A stretch of DNA of 64,000 nt, taken from positions 1-64,000 of IMG/VR virus record IMGVR_UViG_3300021255_000140; one strand, written 5' to 3'. A program made the position numbers and the translations under genes. The notes beneath the pieces are model-generated. The model ran no database searches and was not told the origin of the DNA. It worked only from the letters and a program-made list of their open reading frames with translations. The stretch's first letter is position 1. Each line of letters starts with the position of its first letter. Shown piece after piece: positions 9,925 to 19,526 of this stretch. The stretch comes from a virus (Duplodnaviria; Caudoviricetes).

Positions 9925-11378
9925 AGTTTTAAGGCGTATCTGATTTTTTCTTCGCTGAATATTCCGTACACATATCCCGTTCCCGTGCGTTTGCGGTTGC
10001 CGTAGCTGTCGTGCCATCCCAGGCGGGACATCTCTCCGCCGAACGCCCGCTGGCTGACTGGTTCCTGGAGCCACTTGTCGCAGAAAGAGACGTAGTCCTC
10101 GTACAGGAGCGATGCAGGCACCCACTGCACAGCATCGTCCCAGTGACCGCTTCTCCTGTTGCAGTTGTATTTCTTCTTGGAGAGGAAGACCTGCACGCTC
10201 TGTCCGTTTTCGAGAAGGTAGTCTGTGAGGTCTTCGCCGTCCGCCTTGGATGTCCCGAAGCTGTAGCCGTCCCTGACGAGCGCCTTGTAGCCCTCGATCA
10301 TCCAGTTGCGGATGCCCGAGAGTTCCTTTTCCAGTTCGCTGGACAGTTCCCTGTTCATGTCGTCCGCACTGACGGTCGTCTTGAACGGGATGAAGAGCAG
10401 TCTCCTGAGCAAAGCCTGGTCCATCCGTCTGTTGGCGGGCTTGTGGTTCATGTTGAAGATGAGGAAAGGTATGTCGAAGGCTGTCTCGGGGTTGTGCCCG
10501 AGCCTGCGTACCGTCTGCGGTTCTCCACTGCACAGGGACTTGAATGTGTCTGCGTAGCGGGAGATGTCGTCCGCCTGTATTTCGCTGCAGTAGTTGAATA
10601 TCTTCCCTGCGATGCCTCCGATGAAACGCGCCCTGACGTCGGGCGATCCGCTGAGAAGAGTGTCCAGGGAAGCGTAGGACATGTTGTCTGCCCCGTAGAC
10701 GGCACGGACGATGTCGAAGATGGTACTCTTGCCGTTGGCACCGCTGCCGACGAGCCACAGGGTTTCCTCCACCTTGTGCGACATCTTCTTGCGGTCTGCA
10801 CATCCCAGTCCAAGATATTTCTGAAGTTTCAGTATCTCACCCTTTGGGAGTATGGACGAAAGAAACGAAAGCCACTTCGGGCATGTGGCCGACGGGTCGT
10901 AGTCGTATGGCAGTATACTGACTACTGGCATACGGTCTGCGAATGAATGGTACACAGGATTGTCGATGTCAGAGAAATCCCAAATGCCGTTGCGAAAACC
11001 TATCACCGAAGGAGATAACTCCAAAGGAGACATAGACGCGCCTCCACGGGCACTGTAGAGTAACTTGCTCCGCGAGTTCACAATGTCTGACTTCGGAACA
11101 CCACAACGCACTAAAGCCTTGTTCAAAGCATTCTCCAAAACAACATCAGACAAAGGACTCCATAACCTACCGTCAAAGTAATACACATCACCCATGTACA
11201 TGCGAAAACACAATGAACAAGCCTGCAAAACAATGTCCTGATAACCATAAACCCTGTCACCAAAACGCGCCTGCTGATAAGCCATACGCAACTCCTTCTT
11301 CGGAATACACGCATACAACGCATCTCCCAATACACCTATCAACTCCATACTCCGAATACTATGTACCTTTGTATTCAT
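9921..11378 (-). CDS. D5/P4-family SF3 helicase (primase-associated, no catalytic primase domain seen)
   Basis: D5_N-like IGFRNGIWD...YDYDPSATCPKW, Walker A GSGANGKST, FKSLCSGEP, RRLLFIPF, C-terminal winged helix. Confidence 0.85.
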   Translation of the reverse strand: MNTKVHSIRSMELIGVLGDALYACIPKKELRMAYQQARFGDRVYGYQDIVLQACSLCFRMYMGDVYYFDGRLWSPLSDVVLENALNKALVRCGVPKSDIVNSRSKLLYSARGGASMSPLELSPSVIGFRNGIWDFSDIDNPVYHSFADRMPVVSILPYDYDPSATCPKWLSFLSSILPKGEILKLQKYLGLGCADRKKMSHKVEETLWLVGSGANGKSTIFDIVRAVYGADNMSYASLDTLLSGSPDVRARFIGGIAGKIFNYCSEIQADDISRYADTFKSLCSGEPQTVRRLGHNPETAFDIPFLIFNMNHKPANRRMDQALLRRLLFIPFKTTVSADDMNRELSSELEKELSGIRNWMIEGYKALVRDGYSFGTSKADGEDLTDYLLENGQSVQVFLSKKKYNCNRRSGHWDDAVQWVPASLLYEDYVSFCDKWLQEPVSQRAFGGEMSRLGWHDSYGNRKRTGTGYVYGIFSEEKIRYALKL

Positions 11379-11399
11379 ATAAAAAACAAAAATAAAAAC

Positions 11400-12229
11400 C
11401 CAACCTACTAAAGTGCTAATTTTTGTTCATTTTGTTCATTTGGTTCATTACACCACAAAAATAAACACTATAAATCAAACAATTACAACAAAACACTGGA
11501 AAACTAAATTTCGTACATTAATCGTTCATTTTTGTTCATTCATGCCCAAAAACAAGGCAAAAACAACGATTTTTATACAAAAACATACACAAAAAACACA
11601 CATTTTTGACCAATCTGCACAATTTCAATGAACCTATTACACAAATACTAAAAATACTGCAAAACAATCACTTATAAGACAATGTACGAAACAACGGAAA
11701 ATCGTAAAAAAATTAAAAAAATAACAAAAAAAATTAAAAAATTTGGATGTTTGGTCATCTGCGCGCCGCTGGTGCCCGTTTGGGGGTGTAATCCCCTAAT
11801 TTAACGTAAATTAACACTTTTTCGGTTACATTATGAATATAATGTAACACCTTGATAACTCGTTAAGTATCAAACAGTTACACCCGTACACCTTCTCGCT
11901 CAAAATCAATTATAACTCGCTAATTATCAGCACTTTGCACTATGTTCCACAATGTTCCACGATTTGTAAAAATATTCACTAAATATGTTAAAACTATGTT
12001 AAAAATGCGTTTTTGTGTTAATGTATGTTAAATTCGGCGAAAATAATTACATAAAATATTATGTATTAATTACATAATTTGTACTTTTGTATTGAGGAAA
12101 AGCGTTTCCCGTATCGTTTGCCAGATGCAGCGCAAACGTTAAAAAGTATTAACAAATTTAACACTTTTTTACATCTTTGAAAATTTGAGAATAACACTAT
12201 ATTTTATTAACACATTAATTTTTTGAATT
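11400..12229. other. Non-coding divergence region, candidate replication origin and/or genome terminus (pac)
   Basis: Plus strand nearly lacks G at 11220-11740; GTTCATT repeats at 11421-11450 and 11521-11540; GC-rich island 11760-11797; TGTTAA/TTAACA repeats; transcription diverges here. Confidence 0.5.
12082..12089 (+). promoter_or_regulatory. -7 promoter element for early rightward region
   Basis: TACTTTTG matches TAnnTTTG, upstream of ORF 12230. Confidence 0.5.
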
Positions 12230-12964
12230 ATGAAAAAAGAAACAAAACAAGTAAAAAGTTTTAATGAATTTGCAAACGATGTAACAACAGCAAAGAAAGA
12301 GAAGAAAAACATTTCAATTTCTCAAGAAGTTTCAAAAATTGAAAGTACCGACAAATTAGAAAAGTCAAAAGTATTTGCAGAAGTGAAAACCTTTTTATTT
12401 CCTTTGTCTTTTGATGATTCCGAAATTCGTAAAACTTACGGAGCTTTGCCAGATGATGTATTAAATATTATCATTGACGCAAAACGCAAAGAATTTGAAA
12501 AAGCACACAAAGACGAAATACAAAAGTTTGAAAATCTGAATTTTGAAACAGTTTCGGCACGTTTGCAAGAAAATGAAAAACTTTTACAAAATTTGTTATC
12601 GGTTTGTGGTGTTTCAGAGTTAAGAAAAGAAAATTATATTAACTCCAAAAATGAAGTTATTATTTATCATTCAATACAAAACGATAAAAACGAGTACACC
12701 AGACAAACACTAAAAGAAGTTTTTAACGGCAAAGAGTTTATAACTGAAGTATTTGTTGAATATTTGCCACAAACGACGACAAACATTTTAAGAAGTATCC
12801 GTTATTTTAATATTCTTCTTGATGCAAAAAAACGATTACTAAACCAGACAAAAGACGTAAAACGTATTTTAACAACACTTGAGGAAGTAACCAGAAAAGC
12901 AAAAGAAAACGGATTCACGCTTGAAACTATTCAGGAACAAATAACAAAAGTATTTGCAGACTGA
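12230..12964 (+). CDS. Hypothetical protein, first early gene
   Basis: 244 aa AT-rich ORF with own promoter and terminator. Confidence 0.75.
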   Translation: MKKETKQVKSFNEFANDVTTAKKEKKNISISQEVSKIESTDKLEKSKVFAEVKTFLFPLSFDDSEIRKTYGALPDDVLNIIIDAKRKEFEKAHKDEIQKFENLNFETVSARLQENEKLLQNLLSVCGVSELRKENYINSKNEVIIYHSIQNDKNEYTRQTLKEVFNGKEFITEVFVEYLPQTTTNILRSIRYFNILLDAKKRLLNQTKDVKRILTTLEEVTRKAKENGFTLETIQEQITKVFAD

Positions 12965-12973
12965 AAAATAACT

Positions 12974-13012
12974 AAAGCGGTGCAAATGTAACAATTTGCA
13001 CCGCTTTTTTTT
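12974..13012 (+). terminator. Intrinsic terminator
   Basis: AAAGCGGTGCAAAT-gtaaca-ATTTGCACCGCTTT followed by T-run. Confidence 0.85.
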
Positions 13013-13463
13013 ATTGTGTTATTCTCAAAAAAATCTGGATATTTGGAACAAAGCGAAAAAGCTTTGAAATGTTCGACTCATTTTATCCAACAAAAACAAA
13101 AAGAAAGCACAGCGGTGCTTATTCTCTTTTGATGTAGAAATACAATTTATTCTTATTGATTGTGCGCTTTTGCGGATGCAGCAGTTTGCAGCGTTCGCAG
13201 ACTTTGAAGAACTGACAGAGATTTTGAAAAATATTTCTCCGTCGGTTTTTCTTTTGCACGATTTTCTTTGACAGATTGAGACAGACCATAATTGAATTTT
13301 ATCATTTGGCGAATCTGAAAGAAACGTAAACCGTACAATTTGTAATTGTCCGTTGTTTCTGGATGGTTCGTCGCTGCCTGATTTTTCAGGCGATCACGGC
13401 ACGCAGGCTTGAAAGACAGTCTGCGTGTCACAAAATATTTTCTAACCACTAAAATTCACAATT

Positions 13464-13574
13464 ATGCTATTTGAAATTTCCGAAAGACTTCTTCAGCAAT
13501 TTGGAGAAGAGAGAATGATTGAGCTCGTTTGCTCGTCAAGTGTCGAACAATTAGAAAATTTTGCCTATGAGTGA
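13464..13574 (+). CDS. Small hypothetical protein (36 aa)
   Basis: MLFEISERLLQQFGEERM..., preceded by hairpin and AATTATG leader like the downstream genes. Confidence 0.45.
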   Translation: MLFEISERLLQQFGEERMIELVCSSSVEQLENFAYE

Positions 13575-14025
13575 AAAAACTATTTCCTCCGCTCTCATGC
13601 AGCAATGGGAGCAGGAGGCCATCGCCCAGAAAATCCCGTACACAGAGTTCGGAGAGTTTTTGAGGATGAAAGAAAGAAACTACCGGCTGAACCTCAGTAC
13701 GAAAAATCGTGTCGAGGTTTTTGCCAGCGGTGCGCAAAACAAGTTTACCGAAATCGGAAACAAAATTGCGTATGAGAAAATCATGCAAATCCCGGCCGCA
13801 GAGAGAGCCGTGAAAATTGCCAAATTCAGTTTTGAGGAACTGAGAAAAAAATCCTCGCGTGGTTTCTGCGACGAACAGCAGAAAGAAAATTTTCTTTCGG
13901 AGAGAGAATACTGGTTCTCACACCTGAAGGAGAGAATGAGAGATTTGAAACTCTCAAAGGAATTTCTTGCAGATTTCGGTCTGGACTGGAAAGAGTGCAA
14001 GAAGTTTGCTTTCAGTGCGGTGTAA
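13567..14025 (+). CDS. Hypothetical protein
   Basis: ORF track, start moved to ATG 13567. Confidence 0.7.
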   Translation: MSEKTISSALMQQWEQEAIAQKIPYTEFGEFLRMKERNYRLNLSTKNRVEVFASGAQNKFTEIGNKIAYEKIMQIPAAERAVKIAKFSFEELRKKSSRGFCDEQQKENFLSEREYWFSHLKERMRDLKLSKEFLADFGLDWKECKKFAFSAV

Positions 14026-14062
14026 AAACCGCCTGAGAGCCTCAACCTAAAAACTTTCAATT

Positions 14063-14281
14063 ATGAGAAAATTATTTGTCTACGCTGCGGGAACTCTGTT
14101 TCTCGCACCGCTTTCCGTGGCTTTGTGCTGCGAAGGTTTTTGCGCTGCCGTTTTCTGCGTGGTGTACGGTGTTTTCCTCTGGTATTCTCCGAAGTTCTCA
14201 CCGAAAGCGAGAAAGTTCTGGCGGGAGTTCTACAAAGTGAACCTTGAGGCGCTGCGTGAATTTGAAACCAGAGTACGATAA
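14063..14281 (+). CDS. Small membrane protein
   Basis: 72 aa, two hydrophobic segments then basic tail. Confidence 0.65.
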   Translation: MRKLFVYAAGTLFLAPLSVALCCEGFCAAVFCVVYGVFLWYSPKFSPKARKFWREFYKVNLEALREFETRVR

Positions 14282-14366
14282 TTCAGCAGTACGAAAATTC
14301 CAGAGTACGATAATTCGGCAGTACGATAATTCAGCAGTACGAAAAATCAAGGCAGTACGAAAATTC
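14268..14366 (+). repeat. Tandem 16-bp repeat, core AGTACGA(T/A)AA
   Basis: AGTACGA at 14272, 14288, 14304, 14320, 14336, 14354 (spacing 16,16,16,16,18). Confidence 0.9.
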
Positions 14367-14423
14367 CCAGTTGGTTTGCACCATCTGGGAGTACGATAAA
14401 TCTAAACAATAAAAAATACAATT

Positions 14424-14651
14424 ATGAGAAAATCAATGAGACTGTTCTGCGGAATTGTTCTGCATCCGGTGAGAGTTGTCGCGATGAAATTTTATCGCAG
14501 AGGCGAAAATCTGGAACTCATGTACAGCGCCAGAGAATTACAGAAAAAGAAGAATCACAGACGGATGCACGAGATGAGCGACGTGACAAATACGGCGTAC
14601 ACGGAATCTTCTTTGTACAACGATTTGCTGCGCGGTGCTCCTCGATGGTGA
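14424..14651 (+). CDS. Hypothetical protein
   Basis: 75 aa, array leader. Confidence 0.65.
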   Translation: MRKSMRLFCGIVLHPVRVVAMKFYRRGENLELMYSARELQKKKNHRRMHEMSDVTNTAYTESSLYNDLLRGAPRW

Positions 14652-14721
14652 CAAAAGACTGTCGGAGAAATAAGATTTCCCGGCAGTACGAAAAATGTCT
14701 AATGGATAAAATTTCAAGATT

Positions 14722-14898
14722 ATGAATTATTACGCAAAAAGGAAAGAAGAAGCACGCAGACAGGCTATAGCGTGGCAGTCGGAACAATCCGAAAAGAGTT
14801 TGTCTTACATGGAAATTGCGGAACAAAGCGAATGTTTTGAAAATTTAGGCCGCAGATACGGACTGCTGACGGAATTTCGTGAGAATGGAATACTCTGA
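14722..14898 (+). CDS. Small phage hypothetical protein (58 aa)
   Basis: Hand translation MNYYAKRKEEARRQAIAWQ...GRRYGLLTEFRENGIL; below ORF-track cutoff. Confidence 0.75.
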   Translation: MNYYAKRKEEARRQAIAWQSEQSEKSLSYMEIAEQSECFENLGRRYGLLTEFRENGIL

Positions 14899-14959
14899 GG
14901 AGACTGCGCACGGATGAGAGTCCGTGGGCAGTACGATAATTTCTAAAAACCATTCAATT

Positions 14960-15436
14960 ATGAACACAAGATTTGAAAACTACATTGAGAAACTTACGCC
15001 TGCAAAGCAAATGCTGGCGAGGGAAGCCGTTCAGGAATTTCTGCACGGAGAGTCAGAAAGCGTAGAACTTCTGACTTCGTCAGAAATGATTTTCAAAAAG
15101 ATGCGTTTTCTCTCCGCTGAGGATGAGGAAAAATCCTATGTTGTTCTGATGAAGAACAACTTCAGATGTATTGATGTCGTGAAAATCGCTGACGGATTTC
15201 TGGATGCGAGTGCTTTTGACGTGCGCAAAATCCTGCGTGAAGCGTTGCTCAAGAATGCAACGTGCCTGGCTATCGTTCACAACCATCCGTCGGGAAACAA
15301 GACTCCGAGCCTTCAGGATAATGAAGTCACGAAGCGTGTGAGAAAAGCCTGCGAGACAATGCGCATCCATTTCATTGACCATGTCATTGTCGCTGGCAAA
15401 GATTACTATTCCTATCGTGAAAACGGAATAGTGTAG
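14960..15436 (+). CDS. radC: RadC-like JAB/MPN domain protein
   Basis: E...HNHPSGNKTPSLQD and DHVIV motifs. Confidence 0.9.
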   Translation: MNTRFENYIEKLTPAKQMLAREAVQEFLHGESESVELLTSSEMIFKKMRFLSAEDEEKSYVVLMKNNFRCIDVVKIADGFLDASAFDVRKILREALLKNATCLAIVHNHPSGNKTPSLQDNEVTKRVRKACETMRIHFIDHVIVAGKDYYSYRENGIV

Positions 15437-15498
15437 AAAAATTTCCCATGATGTGAAAATCGTGGGGAGTACGATAAATCTGATAAATTTTTACGATT

Positions 15499-15711
15499 AT
15501 GACAAGATTTTTGTTTTCGCTATGGCGTGTAGAGAACGGCCACAAGAATGTAGAGAGCCACGAAGAAAGTTTTGAGTCTTGCGCTGATGCGATGATGAGG
15601 GCACGTTCCATTTTGAAAGATGCAAAAAGAGACGGATGCGGTATTCAGATTGACCTCTACGAGAAACTTCCCGCTAACAGCGGATGGCGCCATGCCGTTT
15701 CCTATCAGTAA
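15499..15711 (+). CDS. Hypothetical protein
   Basis: 70 aa, array leader. Confidence 0.7.
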   Translation: MTRFLFSLWRVENGHKNVESHEESFESCADAMMRARSILKDAKRDGCGIQIDLYEKLPANSGWRHAVSYQ

Positions 15712-15775
15712 ACAGACTTCTCACAGATTGGATTCTGTGGGGAGTACGATAATTATTCACTAAACTTTAGAAATT

Positions 15776-16126
15776 ATGGAAATTAGCAAAATTAAATTGT
15801 ACGATGGAGTTTGCCACGTCATCTTCACCGGAAAGAACTATTTCTTTTTCTCACAGTTCTACGGCTACATTGCTATTGCTGAACGCTCAGAGAGAAGTAT
15901 AGAAAACATTGGTAAGAGAGAAGACAACTTGCAAGAGTTTGTTATCTACTCTGGCAACACACAACTTCCTGACGGGATAGAAAAAGACTTTTTTGCGATT
16001 GCAGAAAAGTTTATCAAGAAAAACGAGCAGAGGTATCTTCCGGTCACCTGCAAGTTTGAGGAAAAGACAGTTGATCTCAACAAGTGTTCCGTCACAGTTT
16101 CCTACAATCTCAACCGCTTTGGTTAA
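15776..16126 (+). CDS. Hypothetical protein
   Basis: 116 aa, array leader. Confidence 0.7.
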   Translation: MEISKIKLYDGVCHVIFTGKNYFFFSQFYGYIAIAERSERSIENIGKREDNLQEFVIYSGNTQLPDGIEKDFFAIAEKFIKKNEQRYLPVTCKFEEKTVDLNKCSVTVSYNLNRFG

Positions 16127-16188
16127 ACTCTTGGCAGTACGAAAATAAACTTTCGTGCCGCCGCGATATTATTCAAAATTATGATATT

Positions 16189-16476
16189 ATGTACGAAAAC
16201 ATTATTGTTACTGTTTGGTCAAATTACAACGGATTGGCTGGAAGAAAAATTAAAAATGTCCGTGACGCAATCGTAAGCGATTCTTTCTCGGTTTGGGATG
16301 ATGAAAAAATAAAACGTTGCTTTAATTTAGGTAACGGAACGAGAAAAGATTTTGAGAGATTTATCAAAAGCAACAAAGAGAAGGTTATCCCGACGGAAAA
16401 GTTTTGGAAAATAGTGGATTCTCTGCCAAACTCGCAGTTGTATTATGATTTTGTCCGTGATATTCTTCATTACTGA
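16189..16476 (+). CDS. Hypothetical protein
   Basis: MYENIIVTVW..., start moved to ATG after leader. Confidence 0.7.
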   Translation: MYENIIVTVWSNYNGLAGRKIKNVRDAIVSDSFSVWDDEKIKRCFNLGNGTRKDFERFIKSNKEKVIPTEKFWKIVDSLPNSQLYYDFVRDILHY

Positions 16477-16538
16477 CAAACTTCCTGGCGGTTCAGCGAC
16501 CGCCGGAAGTACGAATTATCAACCAAATAAAATCAATT

Positions 16539-17204
16539 ATGAGAATAAGCAAAGAAACTATTGAAACTCTGAAAGCTCAGGGTATCAATGTACGTTGGTT
16601 TCCAGAGGAAACTTACGAAGAGTTCAAGAAAACTCAGTGGGAAAAAGAGTACAAACGCTGGTTTGACTACAGCAAAGATTCTTGCAAGGAACTTAACCCA
16701 CCTCGCAACGATGGTTCGTATCAGAGTTGGAGCTTCGAGACTCTTGCAGAGTACGAGGAACACATCAGAAAGTTCTGCGACCAGATTATTGACAGACACT
16801 GCGACCCCTACGAGTTCACAACTTTGTACGTCGAACACGATGGCGGTCAGATGCTTGTCAAGAAAGAAAACGTGAAGTCGAAAGAAATCACGGTTGAGTA
16901 TGTTCAGAAACTTGTTGAAAAGGACCGAAAAGTCTATGCGGGTACTTACGGAAAGTTCGCAATGTGTATGCAGAAACTTTGCAAGGAGCGCGGACTGACA
17001 AATAAGTTCTGCGTCTATCCCACTACCTACGGAATCGGTGTCTGGATCTTCTACAACTTCAATGCAGACAAACACATTGCGCAAGTCGAGGAAATAATGA
17101 AAGAACGAGACATTGAGTATTACAACGAATACTCCGACCATCGTTGGGTGTATCGTTTCAAAGTTTCCAAGAAGCGTGAGAACATCGAAAGAATGTGCGC
17201 CTGA
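16539..17204 (+). CDS. Hypothetical protein
   Basis: 221 aa, array leader. Confidence 0.75.
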   Translation: MRISKETIETLKAQGINVRWFPEETYEEFKKTQWEKEYKRWFDYSKDSCKELNPPRNDGSYQSWSFETLAEYEEHIRKFCDQIIDRHCDPYEFTTLYVEHDGGQMLVKKENVKSKEITVEYVQKLVEKDRKVYAGTYGKFAMCMQKLCKERGLTNKFCVYPTTYGIGVWIFYNFNADKHIAQVEEIMKERDIEYYNEYSDHRWVYRFKVSKKRENIERMCA

Positions 17205-17269
17205 AACTCTCCTGACTCTTGCAGACTTCACAATCTGCGAGAGTACGATAAACTTCAAATTCTTACATT

Positions 17270-17434
17270 ATGGCACGTATGAGCTTAAACAAACTTGTGG
17301 CTATAAACGCATTTAACGCGAATAACAACATCATAGCCACGACAACGAACAATGTTTTGAAACTTCGCTTGCAAGCGGAAAACGAGCGTCTTATGAAACG
17401 CTATCCATCCTTGCGCACAACTTTGTACGTATGA
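17270..17434 (+). CDS. Small hypothetical protein (54 aa)
   Basis: Hand translation MARMSLNKLVAINAFNANNN...; flanked by two AGTACGA hairpins. Confidence 0.65.
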   Translation: MARMSLNKLVAINAFNANNNIIATTTNNVLKLRLQAENERLMKRYPSLRTTLYV

Positions 17435-17496
17435 ATGCAAACTTCCTGCGAAATAGACTTTGCAGGAAGTACGATAAACTTCAAAAACGTATAATT

Positions 17497-17901
17497 ATGG
17501 AAGAAAAGATTAAGTCAATGACAAACAATGACGGAATAAACTTTATGTTCCGCTTTGATGATTACGAAGTCTTAGGCATCGAGGATAGAGGCGAAAAGAA
17601 TTGGTTCTACACAGTTGTTCGCTATCACGGCTCACAAAAAGTCTGTGTGTTATCAATGCCAAGAAAAGAGTCTGGCTGCAAGCCGTCACACTTCGGACAT
17701 CTTGAGTATTATGCACTTCTCGCATCAATAGAGTTTGCAGGTATCAAAGTTGTATGGACGAGGCAAGGCTGGCCGATGTGGCCTGTATGGTATTGCGACG
17801 ACAAAGAGAAACTTTCAACATTCCGCAACAAGTACAGAGAAATCATTGGAAAGTACGGTTTTGACGAAAGAACTATTGAGCGCAATCGTTATAGCAATTA
17901 A
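17497..17901 (+). CDS. Hypothetical protein
   Basis: MEEKIKSM..., start moved to ATG after leader. Confidence 0.7.
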   Translation: MEEKIKSMTNNDGINFMFRFDDYEVLGIEDRGEKNWFYTVVRYHGSQKVCVLSMPRKESGCKPSHFGHLEYYALLASIEFAGIKVVWTRQGWPMWPVWYCDDKEKLSTFRNKYREIIGKYGFDERTIERNRYSN

Positions 17902-17984
17902 GTTTTTGTATTGCTTTATTTAGTGTATTCGGGTGGCGCAGAGTTATATCTGTGCTGCCTACAAAAGTTTAATAAAAAAGCATT

Positions 17985-18233
17985 ATGGGTAAATTTTCAT
18001 CAAAAGAGATTCTGCTAACAGCAGAACAGAAGCAAAAACTCATCGACCATTCCAACACATATTGGAAAAAGTACGATGTTAGACTATTACAGGTTTATTG
18101 CATGAACAGTCCAGTAGATTCGTTCATCGTCCAGTACAAAACTTTCATAGATACGAATAAGCCTGAATTTGAAAGATTTTCTTGGAGTTGCCCTCAAAAG
18201 GAAATGGAAATGATAATTGGACCATTTTCATGA
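17985..18233 (+). CDS. Hypothetical protein
   Basis: 82 aa, array gene. Confidence 0.7.
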   Translation: MGKFSSKEILLTAEQKQKLIDHSNTYWKKYDVRLLQVYCMNSPVDSFIVQYKTFIDTNKPEFERFSWSCPQKEMEMIIGPFS

Positions 18234-18323
18234 TTTGCTAATTTAGTGTGTACGGGCGTGGTCAAAGTGATTTGGCTGCGCCTTCTAAGTTTAACCAATA
18301 TAACTTTTAATTAATTCAAAATT

Positions 18324-18605
18324 ATGGAAATAGTGAAGAAAGAGGAAGCCAGAAACTTCCTCAACATCGGAGATTGCCTGTACAAACTTGGGAGTGACGG
18401 AAAGATTAAGGGAAGTCCTATTACGGGAATAGATGTTTCTTTTGACACCTTTGATGAAAACCACGTTCAACGCTCAGTGCGCTACGAATTTGAGCATGAC
18501 AATCTTTTGGATGCCATTTTGCACGAAGATTTGGGAACTGCATGGTTCTCTTCTAAAGAAGAAATCATACAGGCAGTCTTGCGCAAGAACGGGATGAAGA
18601 TTTAA
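18324..18605 (+). CDS. Hypothetical protein
   Basis: 93 aa, array gene. Confidence 0.7.
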   Translation: MEIVKKEEARNFLNIGDCLYKLGSDGKIKGSPITGIDVSFDTFDENHVQRSVRYEFEHDNLLDAILHEDLGTAWFSSKEEIIQAVLRKNGMKI

Positions 18606-18668
18606 TCTTTCTTTTCCGCGGGGAGGAATCCTCACGGAAAAACAAGTATTAACGAAAATTCAATTTAT

Positions 18669-18962
18669 ATGACGAAACGTGAAAAAATTAAGGACATTTA
18701 CCAGACATTGAAATCCGGCTTGAGAATGTGCGAAATGGTTGAGACAAAAAACCTCAGCGGAGAAGTTGTCGGTTTTCATCAGGGACTATCTTTCTCGTGT
18801 GACGATGAGTACATTTATTTTCTCGGTTCTGGAAGTTGGGCAGTAAAAGCGAGCTTGAAAAAATTAGAGTTCGAACTTGACGGCTGCAATCTTGACATGA
18901 TTGTTACTGAAAGTGAATTTGAAAAAAGGTCTGGGCAAAAATTCTTCGGGTGGAGAATCTGA
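18669..18962 (+). CDS. Hypothetical protein
   Basis: 97 aa, array gene. Confidence 0.7.
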   Translation: MTKREKIKDIYQTLKSGLRMCEMVETKNLSGEVVGFHQGLSFSCDDEYIYFLGSGSWAVKASLKKLEFELDGCNLDMIVTESEFEKRSGQKFFGWRI

Positions 18963-19024
18963 CTATCCAAATAGAGAGCCTTAAAACTCTCTGTTTGACT
19001 ATTATTCACTAAAATTCAATGATT

Positions 19025-19468
19025 ATGAAGACTTTAGAATTGACAAGAGTTGGCGAACACAGAATGGACGGAAATCTTTATCAAGATTCCAAAGGATATT
19101 ATTATGTGGATTGCCATGATGAGCCAAAGAACAACGAAACTTCAGTCGTTTATCGTCTTTCCCCTGCAACAGATTCCGAGGGCGAGCCAGACGAAATGAT
19201 TGAGTGTAAAATCGTAATCGCAAATCCACGTTCTGAACGTGAAGAGCGTGAGAGAGCGTTTAGGTTTGATTACATGATGCTTTCACGCATGCAGACGGAC
19301 TGCAAGTATTACGAATCTGCAAGTCATTACAACAATGCGCACTGGCAGACTGCAAAAGAAATGATTGAGAGTATGAAAGAGCATTGGAATAAGATTCCCG
19401 ACGACCTGAAGCCCGAATGGATTTCTTGGGAAGAGATTCTTAAGTACGAGAAGAAGTTCTCTGCCTAA
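19025..19468 (+). CDS. LPD11 (large polyvalent protein-associated domain 11)-like protein
   Basis: C-terminal FDYMMLSRMQTDCKYY...W..IP...KPEWISWEEI..YE pattern. Confidence 0.7.
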   Translation: MKTLELTRVGEHRMDGNLYQDSKGYYYVDCHDEPKNNETSVVYRLSPATDSEGEPDEMIECKIVIANPRSEREERERAFRFDYMMLSRMQTDCKYYESASHYNNAHWQTAKEMIESMKEHWNKIPDDLKPEWISWEEILKYEKKFSA

Positions 19469-19526
19469 AACTTTGGGGAGCGCAACAACTCCCCATAGTT
19501 CCAACAAAACAATAAATTCAATAGTT

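Noticed and set aside
9598-10946. Track ORFs 9598-10803 (401 aa, minus) and 10011-10946 (311 aa, plus)
   Set aside because: Shadow frames of the GC-rich helicase gene; only 9598-9924 is considered real.
14268-14400. CRISPR array
   Set aside because: The period is 16 bp with no unique spacers, and there are no cas genes in the window.
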